From: Gloeobacterales cyanobacterium
Lineage (GTDB): Bacteria > Cyanobacteriota > Cyanobacteriia > Gloeobacterales > PMM-0068
Direction of reading: 5' to 3'
Assembly: GCA_038245785.1 (NCBI GenBank)
Contig: JBBRSB010000041.1
Span: forward strand, 1-28,698
Length of the DNA: 28,698 nucleotides
Shown: positions 18,298 through 26,574 of the stretch, piece by piece
Numbering within the stretch: the first letter of the stretch is position 1
Layout of the letters: each line of letters opens with the position of its first letter
Notes under the pieces: model-generated
The model's database searches: none
What the model saw: the letters and a program-made list of their open reading frames with translations, nothing else
What the model was told of the DNA's origin: nothing
Program-made: the position numbers and the translations under genes

Positions 18298-19578
18298 TTA
18301 ACCTATTATAGTCCAGCCTTTATTAATAGCAGTCGACCTTGTACAAGTTGCTGCTCCTGGGCAACCCATAATATTTATTGTCTTGCCAGCAATAGTAGGT
18401 AAATCAATAAAAAGTATATTTAAAGCTGATGCATTTAAACTTGTATAGCTCACATCTACCTGAGGAGAAGAACCAGTAAAGGCGGAACCAGTAGCAAGTA
18501 AACGAATTGAGGTAATCTTAAGCAATGCGCCTGCAGATCCGAATATTCCAAGTTTGGTCAGCTTGGCACCAATTTGGATAGGTGAACTAAAAAAGTCCAT
18601 GTCAGACATAAAAAGATTGAAATCAGACTGTATCGTATTACTGCCAACCTTAGATAAATTGGTAACCGTTGTTAAATTATAACACTTATAAAACATGTAT
18701 TCGCAAAGAGTCATGCCGCTGGAAACCTGGGCTGGAAGTGATACCAATACCAAGGAGAAACAACTTGCAAAAGTTGCCCGTGTTTCGGTTACACTGCCCC
18801 AGGATGAAGGGAATAACATATGGTGAAGTGCAGAACAACCCTGAAATGTTGCATATAGTGAAGTTATTGAACCAAATGAAGTAGGAAATTTAAGTGAGGT
18901 AAGGGAAGAACAATTTGCAAAAGTGAACATAAGCGATGTAACGCCACCCCAAGAGGAAGGAAGGGTAAGTTTACTCAATGAGGTACAACCTGCAAACATA
19001 TTAACGGGATCGGTAATAGCACCCCAGCTTGAATTTGGAAACTGAAAGTCTACTAATGCTGTGCAATTCGCAAGTGCGCTATTGGCACCAGTAGTATTGG
19101 CAAATGTTGGAAAAGTTACCGAACGAAGCATACATGCCTGAGCGCCATTGGCAGAACTATCATAAAATGCACTTTCAATTGTTGTGAGGCCAGTAGTGCC
19201 GAAAACAGCCCATAGAATTGGAATGATCTGCGTACTGGAACAAAAAGTATGACGACGGATTCTGAATCTGGTAATTGTACTAGATGCTCCATAGATACGA
19301 ACTTTCCATGTCTTATAACCTTCGGAACAAGTTACGCCGCCTGAGGAATGTTGATGTGTATAGATTGTATCACTAACCCTTGAAGTTTCTATCATTCCAT
19401 CACCCCAATCAATGGAATAGGTGCCTGATAAGGTATTAACGGAAAAGGAAGTAGCTACGCCGTTGGTTACAAGCAAATGAATTTCATTGTTGGCAACACT
19501 GGAAATGTTAATCCAATCGGCAGGAGGAGCCCAGGAAGAAGATGAAGCCGAAGATGGCAAGTGAAATGAGCCTATCAT
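18298..19578 (-). CDS. Leucine-rich repeat (BspA/DUF285-like) protein, putative virion adhesin
   Basis: About 6 repeats of about 25 aa (FxxCxxLxxLxFPSSWGxVT), PKD-like IDWGDG, N-terminal WAPPADW and C-terminal KGWTI; no signal peptide. Confidence 0.75.
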   Translation of the reverse strand: MIGSFHLPSSASSSSWAPPADWINISSVANNEIHLLVTNGVATSFSVNTLSGTYSIDWGDGMIETSRVSDTIYTHQHSSGGVTCSEGYKTWKVRIYGASSTITRFRIRRHTFCSSTQIIPILWAVFGTTGLTTIESAFYDSSANGAQACMLRSVTFPTFANTTGANSALANCTALVDFQFPNSSWGAITDPVNMFAGCTSLSKLTLPSSWGGVTSLMFTFANCSSLTSLKFPTSFGSITSLYATFQGCSALHHMLFPSSWGSVTETRATFASCFSLVLVSLPAQVSSGMTLCEYMFYKCYNLTTVTNLSKVGSNTIQSDFNLFMSDMDFFSSPIQIGAKLTKLGIFGSAGALLKITSIRLLATGSAFTGSSPQVDVSYTSLNASALNILFIDLPTIAGKTINIMGCPGAATCTRSTAINKGWTIIG

Positions 19579-19907
19579 TATCCGATAATGTTAATGGTGA
19601 TACCAATATTTGAAGCGGGTGTATTGGTGGCATATAATTTTACTGAACCATCACTACTGACTGTTTTTGGTAAAATCTGAGCTGATATGACAGTTGCGAT
19701 ATCTATATTATCAGGAATTACATCAACTATGCTGGTGGATTTAATATTCGCATTTGAAAGATCATACTCATATAAACCAGCAACCAGGTACCAATTCTCA
19801 GATAATAAAACGAGCGAAGAAATTTGCGTTAAACTAATTTCATCGAAATTATCATTCAAAATGGAAATCATGTCCTTATGACCTTCGCGATATGCAATCT
19901 TTTTCAT
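19578..19907 (-). CDS. Small beta-rich virion protein (fibre/decoration-like)
   Basis: N-terminal LNDNFDE motif and a beta-strand-rich domain; TAATG-coupled to the LRR gene. Confidence 0.55.
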   Translation of the reverse strand: MKKIAYREGHKDMISILNDNFDEISLTQISSLVLLSENWYLVAGLYEYDLSNANIKSTSIVDVIPDNIDIATVISAQILPKTVSSDGSVKLYATNTPASNIGITINIIG

Positions 19908-19908
19908 G

Positions 19909-20775
19909 TTATTCGGAGATTAAAAAGCCATTTATGCGAGGTTTGGAATAAAGTACAAATAGTGGAAATTCATCAGTAGATAAATGCTGTTCCAAAATCT
20001 GGCGTTTTACTGTAATGATATTACTTAAATCTTTCAGATCATCAAGGCGTAAAGGAGCAAGTGGAACTATTGCCGATACAGCAGGAGTTTCTGAAAAATA
20101 CTGGTTGTAAAGTAATAATTTGGTACAAAAAGCTAAATATGGCTTTATATAATCGGATAATAATTGTGTATATATAGCAGGATTTAAGAAAATATCATCA
20201 TAAACTACCTGCGTAATAACTGGAATTAAAAACTTTTGTTCTGCAGCAGTAATGATAGAAGGTAAGATGTAAGATTCATCAATTGGTATTATGAATGCCA
20301 ATGAATTTACTTCCCTGGAATCTACAAGCGTGCGGGGATAGTCATAATTTACTGAATTATAAAAATAAGGGAAGGCACCTTTCATCATTTCAGCTAAAAT
20401 AACTTTTCCTTTAGCTTCAATAATATCATCCAATGCTTGTAAATCAGCAGTTAAAATATCCCGTGAAGGTTCTGTAAGCAACGGGAAAGTTGTAAGGGTA
20501 TCGTGTTGGTAAGAATTTTCAGTAATGTATTGACTATAAAGCAAACGTTTAGTTGCAAAGGCAAGGAATGATTTAATAAAGGAATCTATCAAATAGCCAT
20601 ACATCATAGGATTAAGAGCCATATCAATATAACATTGTTCACCCATGATAGGAACCAAATATTTTTCTTCAGCAGCAGCAATAAATTCTAATTTTATATA
20701 AGATTCATCAATGGGTACAATAAATGCCATTGCATTAACTTCAGCAGGAGATACTAACGTAGGATATAATGGCAT
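19909..20775 (-). CDS. Putative head-completion/adaptor protein (DUF6712-like) made of two tandem copies of one domain
   Basis: Lies directly after the portal gene. Two copies of TLVxxxEVNxxAFIxPIDESYI...AAExKxLxP...IKxxLAFxTKxLLYxQY, offset by 143 aa. Confidence 0.6.
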   Translation of the reverse strand: MPLYPTLVSPAEVNAMAFIVPIDESYIKLEFIAAAEEKYLVPIMGEQCYIDMALNPMMYGYLIDSFIKSFLAFATKRLLYSQYITENSYQHDTLTTFPLLTEPSRDILTADLQALDDIIEAKGKVILAEMMKGAFPYFYNSVNYDYPRTLVDSREVNSLAFIIPIDESYILPSIITAAEQKFLIPVITQVVYDDIFLNPAIYTQLLSDYIKPYLAFCTKLLLYNQYFSETPAVSAIVPLAPLRLDDLKDLSNIITVKRQILEQHLSTDEFPLFVLYSKPRINGFLISE

Positions 20776-20776
20776 G

Positions 20777-22024
20777 TTACTGCATATTTATCGGATTGGA
20801 TTGATTGAATGTATTTTTCAACTGCATGACCAGCAATTTTTGCGTAGGATCATTGGGGTCAAAAGGCAGACCAGCATCCCTGCGGGCTTCCCAGATAAAT
20901 TTTAATGGATTAATACGCTGAATAGGTGGCTCATTGATAAAATAAAGCTGTTGGGTCGGCAGTGAAAAATGGTCCAGGATCTGATCAAAGTGTCGAAGGA
21001 AATACGATTGAAAGGGGCTGATAATCGTATTTATAGCTATTTCATGCTCATTGATAATCCTGTTGGAATCAAAGCCGTTTATTTCTCCGGAATAAGGCGT
21101 AAGAGAGCGGAACCAGTTATGAATTGTGATGATGGACAGTTCGGATTGTTTGTGCAGATCCATCCAGTTCCCTTCCTCATTCTTCTTGAATTCGATAAAC
21201 TGCGCCTGTTGTGAAGTCTGCCCGGGGGAAAGATCAGCAAGGTATTGCGTTAAGATATCACCGGATTTCTCACCGTCCGTTCCTTTAAGTTTAGCAAATT
21301 CAGCATCGAGGGCCAGTGCATCCGTTTCATCATTGATGCCGGGAATGATCAATAACCCAGGAGCCGTAAATCCATTTTCAAGCCTGTTCTGGTTCCATAA
21401 ATTTGTAAGCCCTGAGATGACAATGGAGCGGACACCGGCATAATAGGAAGGCAAGCCATAATAGTAAAATTCAGGCTCGTAATCCTTGAAATGATAGGCA
21501 GAATGCAGAAGTCCATCAGGGCCTTTACGGAAATCCGGAAACATTGGAAGAGCTGTGAGATTAGGATCATTCTTTCCCTGAAAGTCAGCCCAGGAAGGAT
21601 GAATGAGAACATCATTGGCTATTGCCGAGAGCCTGCATTTGCTCGAATCGATATGATACAAGTAAGTAAAAGTCCTTTTGGGATTGGTAATGATTTCCAT
21701 GTAGGCATTACCAATCGTAAGATAATCCTGGAAGATATAGCTGAATACCGTATCAAGCGATTGATGCGTATTGCTTGGCTGCAGAATAAGCTTCTTTAAA
21801 AGAGGGTTAACCGTCGTTATACCTTTGCCTGAAAAGTAAGTAGCTTTTGAATTTAAGATAGCACGATGCACCGGAACTTCACGGGCCAACTGGTTTAGTT
21901 GGGTGGGCAAAAGATTATCCACACCGAATGGAATAAAGATCTCATAATTTGACCGCAAGGCCATAAAATCAGACCGATCCAGGTTTAAAAGCGGGGTGTA
22001 ATTATGGGTGGAAAATGCTTTCAT
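20777..22024 (-). CDS. Phage portal protein
   Basis: 415 aa; FIPFGVDNLLP, HRAILNSKA..GKG, DYLTIGNAYMEI, YYGLPSY and ENGFTAPG match the pattern of Bacteroidota phage portals. Confidence 0.8.
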   Translation of the reverse strand: MKAFSTHNYTPLLNLDRSDFMALRSNYEIFIPFGVDNLLPTQLNQLAREVPVHRAILNSKATYFSGKGITTVNPLLKKLILQPSNTHQSLDTVFSYIFQDYLTIGNAYMEIITNPKRTFTYLYHIDSSKCRLSAIANDVLIHPSWADFQGKNDPNLTALPMFPDFRKGPDGLLHSAYHFKDYEPEFYYYGLPSYYAGVRSIVISGLTNLWNQNRLENGFTAPGLLIIPGINDETDALALDAEFAKLKGTDGEKSGDILTQYLADLSPGQTSQQAQFIEFKKNEEGNWMDLHKQSELSIITIHNWFRSLTPYSGEINGFDSNRIINEHEIAINTIISPFQSYFLRHFDQILDHFSLPTQQLYFINEPPIQRINPLKFIWEARRDAGLPFDPNDPTQKLLVMQLKNTFNQSNPINMQ

Positions 22025-22083
22025 TTATCGGGGACGTGGGACGATGGACAGGGGGGCAAGTGAAAAATAAAAAATGAAAAATG

Positions 22084-22127
22084 AGAAAAGCCTGAACTGA
22101 AACGCAATAGGTATTCAGTCCAGGCCT
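22084..22127 (-). terminator. Intrinsic terminator after the major capsid gene
   Basis: On the minus strand, GCCTGGACTGAA...TTCAGTTCAGGC is followed by TTTTCTCATTTTT. Confidence 0.75.
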
Positions 22128-22136
22128 GGAGCAAGA

Positions 22137-23486
22137 TTAGTCGACGAAGCCAGCGAGAACTAAAAGTTCTTTGTGGAAATAAGCAGTCTGGGCCTTATAT
22201 TGAACCCGGTACCTGCGCATCTGAGCTTCCTGATTGTACCAGGTTTCAATCATCTCGGAATCGCTGGTTCCATCCGTGGCAAACAACAGGTTTTTAGAAG
22301 TGGTCAACAGCGCACGGTGAGGATTGACGCCTGAATTAGCCGTGGCAATCCATTTATCCCAATCGTTGCGAACAATGACAGGATATCCTTCATAGGAAGG
22401 AACCTTTACACCATTCATCATTACCGTATCACCCAGGATTGACTGGCGATCTTTCAGGGAATGGACCAGGTTGCGCCACATCGAAGCCGTGAGCATAAAG
22501 ACCAGATCGAAATCATGCATTTCCGGCGTAGCTGCATCGAGCATCGATTCCAGGATTCCATCAGCCTCATTGGCTGCAAGCCCGGAAGCATTTACAGCAG
22601 CAACAGCACCAGAATTGGCAGTTGAGCCGGTGCCGGTGACAGTTGAGGTTGCGGTAAAGCTTTGTCCTTTAATCCTGCTGACGATCTTAATCGCTCCAGC
22701 GGATGGGTTGGTCACGATAACACCATTGTATGGGCAGCGTGATTCAACAAGCGCCTTGTTAGTGGTCAGCCAGTTGTTGCAGGTAACAATTGCAGAAGTG
22801 GCATAAGCCTGGGAATAAGTGGTGCCATTGATCACAATATTCAAAAATGTATCGGTACCAGCCGTATAGGTAATGACCTGTTCCTGAGCTTTTTTAACAG
22901 CAGATGAAGCAATGGGAACATGCTGCGTTGAAGGAATGGTGGCAGAGATGAGGTCGGTAATGAAATTCGTAAAGAATCCGGTATAGCCGGAATAGTTGGT
23001 ATCAATAGTAGCATTGGGAATACCAGCCGTAAAAGTTTCAGCAACAGGATTGGCAAAGAACATCTGACGGATGAGATCGGACTGACAAGCTTTTGCAATC
23101 AGCGGAAGCATGATTTTATTCCATACATCAGGAGATTTCATCTGCTCCACATCATCCTGGGCATATCCGGATGCAAGAAGTTCCTGAACGATTGAACCAT
23201 AGAAAGCACGTGCATTCTGTTCAAACTCAACCGCCATGGGTTTAACGGTAATATCCTGGGTTGTTAAAGCAAAGGATCCGGAAGGAGTGAAACCCGCTGA
23301 GGTTTTGGGTTTGGTAAGAAAGGAAGGAGCAGAAATGCGGTTAAGCAATTCTGAGCCTTTTATATCCGTGCGCACAGTGATGAGTCCGCGAATCTCATCA
23401 GGCATAAACATGGGCTGAATGAAGTATTCATCAATCGCCTGGCGTTTGAAAATGGGGGAGATGGATTGAGAAAAAATATTAGACAT
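22137..23486 (-). CDS. Putative major capsid protein (HK97-like) with an inserted beta-rich domain
   Basis: 449 aa, lies after the protease/scaffold gene and is followed by a terminator. GYTGFF, FMLTASMWRNL, YEGYPV and KNLLFATD segments fit a capsid-like layout. Confidence 0.72.
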   Translation of the reverse strand: MSNIFSQSISPIFKRQAIDEYFIQPMFMPDEIRGLITVRTDIKGSELLNRISAPSFLTKPKTSAGFTPSGSFALTTQDITVKPMAVEFEQNARAFYGSIVQELLASGYAQDDVEQMKSPDVWNKIMLPLIAKACQSDLIRQMFFANPVAETFTAGIPNATIDTNYSGYTGFFTNFITDLISATIPSTQHVPIASSAVKKAQEQVITYTAGTDTFLNIVINGTTYSQAYATSAIVTCNNWLTTNKALVESRCPYNGVIVTNPSAGAIKIVSRIKGQSFTATSTVTGTGSTANSGAVAAVNASGLAANEADGILESMLDAATPEMHDFDLVFMLTASMWRNLVHSLKDRQSILGDTVMMNGVKVPSYEGYPVIVRNDWDKWIATANSGVNPHRALLTTSKNLLFATDGTSDSEMIETWYNQEAQMRRYRVQYKAQTAYFHKELLVLAGFVD

Positions 23487-23509
23487 GGCTGGGAAATTTT
23501 AAGGGTGAG

Positions 23510-24535
23510 TTATTTAATTTTTAACCTGCGTTTGGCATCGAGTGGCAAGGCTTCCAGAAGTTCCTTACCCGTATCATCGACGGGCTTTTCAGGATTGATT
23601 GAAACCAAAGGATCAGTGACATTGAGCGGAATAGAAGGACGCGCCGAGAGCTGTTCGGTAAGTTCCAGAATACGCGCATTTGCAGCAGCAAGTTCGTGCG
23701 TAAGATCATCAACGGATACGAGTGAAAGCTGATGTTCGGCATTGAGGATATCAAATGCTTCAGAGGATTCAACGGACAATGGTTCGGAAGACTCAACAGC
23801 CGGAGCATCTATAGGCTTAACAGCAGCCGAGAATGCGTCTATGAAAGAGGCAAAATTTTCTTTGATTTTTTCAGATAAGGTCATTTTAGAATGATTTAGG
23901 TAAGCATTAAAAAATTCTATCACATTTTCGGGCTTGGAAAAGATGAGTTCAGCGATCTCAGGATTGGCATCCAGGAATTCAGTGGCAATGCCGGGAAAAG
24001 TTGTGGCAGAAAACAAACCATCAGTGGCAGCAGGTTCATCGACGATATCAGTACCACGGAGATCCAGTAACCTGAAATATTCCTTATTTACTTCTTTACC
24101 GTCGACATCTTCCTTCTGGAAATGAGAATCAGCGGATTGAAAATAAATGGAGGCACCAAACATGTCAGGATTTTTCTCAGCCATATCCAGAACATAAGAA
24201 TAGAGATCACCGGAAGGGCTATTCCTGGCAGTGTCGTCGAGGTATAGATCAGCTTTGACCGAATTTCCGGAGTAGGAATAATTCTTAAAGCGTCCCAGGT
24301 AAGATCCCAGAGCAGTGCTGCACATATTCGGGTGCCCGAACCTGGCCTTGATCCCGGCAGGTTTGGCAGCGGCATTGTCAACCAGTTGCAGCAGGAAATC
24401 CTTATCAATGAAAGCTCCGTGACCTTTTGCAAGGCCCACCTGAGCAATGGTAACACCTTGAATGATTCCATTTAGCCGGTCGATTTGTCCGGCAGGAGCT
24501 GAAAAGATTGTTGGAGCGGAGAGGTAGCGGTTCAT
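23510..24535 (-). CDS. Putative prohead protease fused to a scaffold domain
   Basis: RFGHP, ADLYL, FGASI and DIVDEPAA motifs followed by an acidic, coiled-coil C-terminus. The ATG at 24535 overlaps the upstream stop (TGATG). Confidence 0.72.
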   Translation of the reverse strand: MNRYLSAPTIFSAPAGQIDRLNGIIQGVTIAQVGLAKGHGAFIDKDFLLQLVDNAAAKPAGIKARFGHPNMCSTALGSYLGRFKNYSYSGNSVKADLYLDDTARNSPSGDLYSYVLDMAEKNPDMFGASIYFQSADSHFQKEDVDGKEVNKEYFRLLDLRGTDIVDEPAATDGLFSATTFPGIATEFLDANPEIAELIFSKPENVIEFFNAYLNHSKMTLSEKIKENFASFIDAFSAAVKPIDAPAVESSEPLSVESSEAFDILNAEHQLSLVSVDDLTHELAAANARILELTEQLSARPSIPLNVTDPLVSINPEKPVDDTGKELLEALPLDAKRRLKIK

Positions 24536-24648
24536 CACTTAGCGATTTTTGTAAGTTTTGAACCAGCGTTTTGAGAACCGCCAGATATTGGTTTCGGTGC
24601 CGTAACCTTAACACTGATCTGTGAAGTTTTTGTTATTGATTTTGCCAT
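24535..24648 (-). CDS. Unannotated 37-aa basic peptide, first gene of the head operon
   Basis: Hand translation: MAKSITKTSQISVKVTAPKPISGGSQNAGSKLTKIAK*. It starts 25 nt after a -7 box and its TGA overlaps the protease ATG. Confidence 0.55.
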   Translation of the reverse strand: MAKSITKTSQISVKVTAPKPISGGSQNAGSKLTKIAK

Positions 24649-24673
24649 TTTGAGGTAGATATAATTTACATAA

Positions 24674-24681
24674 CAAAATTA
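24674..24681 (-). promoter_or_regulatory. -7 promoter box (TAATTTTG) for the head/lysis operon
   Basis: Exact TAnnTTTG match on the minus strand; the region is AT-rich, so a chance match is possible. Confidence 0.5.
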
Positions 24682-24713
24682 CATTTACCTAAAGCAATAC
24701 TTTAGTAAAATGT
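24681..24713. promoter_or_regulatory. Imperfect palindrome, candidate operator
   Basis: ACATTTACCTAAAG-CAATA-CTTTAGTAAAATGT; the arms match at 12 of 14 positions. Confidence 0.45.
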
Positions 24714-24756
24714 GGCAAAACATTTGTATATCAGATAAATATATCTTAAATTGACG

Positions 24757-24764
24757 TAAATTTG
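24757..24764 (+). promoter_or_regulatory. -7 promoter box (TAAATTTG) for the regulator-terminase operon
   Basis: Exact TAnnTTTG match 23 nt before the ATG at 24788. Confidence 0.55.
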
Positions 24765-24787
24765 TTAAATTAAATACAGGCAGGAAA

Positions 24788-25024
24788 ATGGAGATAACCA
24801 AGGATTTGATCTTAGAGGAAATAAAGGATCTTGCCGGAATAGATGCAGGGTTTTTACTGGAAAATGGGCTGTTAACGACAGAACATGCCAGGAAATGGGT
24901 GGTGAAGAAAAAGTATTTCCAGTTGGCCAGAACGGGGAGGACCTATACCGATATAAAAAATGAGCTGAGTGACTGTTACGGCTTGTCGGTGAGCACGATT
25001 GAGAAGATGGTTTACAGGAAATAG
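24788..25024 (+). CDS. Small helix-turn-helix protein (Mor/C-activator-like C-terminus)
   Basis: TYTDIKNELSDCYGLSVSTIEKMVY has an HTH pattern. Confidence 0.6.
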   Translation: MEITKDLILEEIKDLAGIDAGFLLENGLLTTEHARKWVVKKKYFQLARTGRTYTDIKNELSDCYGLSVSTIEKMVYRK

Positions 25025-25062
25025 AAATATTCATTCTAAAAATAGGAAGGAATAGGAACAAT

Positions 25063-25368
25063 ATGGAAACGAAAGCAGCAAAACCTCAGCTGTTCAAACC
25101 AGGTGAAGGTGGCAGGCCAAAAGGCGTAAAGAACAAAATCACACGTGAAATTCAAGAACGGATTGAGTGGGTCCTGGAACTGCTGGATGATCGTCTGGAG
25201 GAAGATATTGACAAGCTGAAAGCTCCTGAAAGAATTAAACTCTGGTCGGACCTGCAGGAATTCATCCGTCCGAAGCTGCAGCGGGTTAACCTGGAAGTAG
25301 GAGGGGAGGACAAAGCAATAACCAAGATCACTTTTGAAGTAGTGGGCGCTGATGGAAAAGAAGTGTAG
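25063..25368 (+). CDS. Terminase small subunit (putative)
   Basis: FKPGEGGRPKGVKNK motif and a helical body; overlaps the terL start. Confidence 0.75.
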   Translation: METKAAKPQLFKPGEGGRPKGVKNKITREIQERIEWVLELLDDRLEEDIDKLKAPERIKLWSDLQEFIRPKLQRVNLEVGGEDKAITKITFEVVGADGKEV

Positions 25369-26530
25369 AGTTTCAGTCGTATTCCGGAAAAACTTTGAAG
25401 CTGCAACAAAGATTGTGGTTAACCAGGGATCGAGCAGGTCGGGCAAGACTTACTCGATCCTTCAGCTTTTTATCCTGGTCAAGGCATTTGAGGAAACGAA
25501 TACCGTATTTACGATTGTCAGAAAAACGATGCCGTCGTTGAAAGCTTCAGCGATGCGGGACTTTTTTGAGATACTGAAGAATGAGGATCTTTATGACGAA
25601 CGATACCATAATAAAACGGAAAGCACTTACCTGTTGAACGGAAACCTGTTTGAGTTCGTCAGCCTGGACCAACCACAGAAAAAGAGAGGTGCCAAAAGAA
25701 CCTATCTTTTTATCAACGAGGCAAATGAGCTGAACCTGGAGGACTGGATACAGTTGAGCATCAGGACCGAGAAGCAGATATTCATTGACTATAATCCTTC
25801 GATGGAAGAGCACTGGATCTATGACCTGGTGATTCCCAGAAAAGACTGTACGTTCATTCAATCCACCTACCTGGATAATATTGAGTTCCTGCCGGCCGAG
25901 GTAGTGAAGGAAATAGAACTGCTGAAAGATGTGGATGAGAATTACTGGCGGGTTTATGGTCTTGGTCTCCCAGGACAAATCAGGGGGATGGTATTTACAA
26001 ACTGGGACCAGGTGGATGAATTCCCAGGTGATTGCAAATGGGTGACCTACGGGATGGATTTTGGGTTTACGAACGATCCTACTGCTTTGATCAAATTGGG
26101 CCTCTCAGGCGGGGAAATATGGCTTGACGAGCTAATATACAACAGGGGATTAACGAACCAGGACATTGCCAAATGGATGGGTGAGTTGGGGCTGAGGTGG
26201 GTCGATGAGGTTATCGCGGATAACCAGCCGAAATGCATTTATGAAATTAAGAAGGAAGGATTTAATGTTGTGGCAACCTATAAAGGAAAAGACAGCATCC
26301 TGGCCGGGCTGGATATTATGCAGCGGTACAAGATCCATATCACTAAGCGTTCGGGGAACCTAATCAGGGAGTTTAAGAACTATAAATGGAAAGAGGATCA
26401 GGCTGGCAAAGCCACGAATGAGCCGATTGATAAATTCAACCATGGCATTGATGCTGTGCGGTATGCCTTGATGGCAAAAATCATGGTGAATAAAAAGAGA
26501 ACAATGAAAATCGGGAGATTGAGTTGGTGA
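25352..26530 (+). CDS. Terminase large subunit, PBSX/SPP1-like family
   Basis: Walker A QGSSRSGKT, Walker B FINEANE, DYNP, and nuclease motifs GMDFGFTNDPTAL and NHGIDAVRY. Confidence 0.95.
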   Translation: MEKKCRVSVVFRKNFEAATKIVVNQGSSRSGKTYSILQLFILVKAFEETNTVFTIVRKTMPSLKASAMRDFFEILKNEDLYDERYHNKTESTYLLNGNLFEFVSLDQPQKKRGAKRTYLFINEANELNLEDWIQLSIRTEKQIFIDYNPSMEEHWIYDLVIPRKDCTFIQSTYLDNIEFLPAEVVKEIELLKDVDENYWRVYGLGLPGQIRGMVFTNWDQVDEFPGDCKWVTYGMDFGFTNDPTALIKLGLSGGEIWLDELIYNRGLTNQDIAKWMGELGLRWVDEVIADNQPKCIYEIKKEGFNVVATYKGKDSILAGLDIMQRYKIHITKRSGNLIREFKNYKWKEDQAGKATNEPIDKFNHGIDAVRYALMAKIMVNKKRTMKIGRLSW

Positions 26531-26574
26531 AAATAATTTCCTTTTGACCCTAAACCCCCAAACAATAAAAATGA

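Noticed and set aside
18298..19578. Diversity-generating retroelement target in the LRR gene
   Set aside because: No reverse transcriptase and no template/variable repeat pair seen in the window.
188..26338. Many short antisense or alternate-frame ORFs inside well-supported genes (e.g. 2519-2932, 14636-15058, 22471-22806, 25547-25978)
   Set aside because: They overlap motif-supported CDSs and have no motifs of their own.
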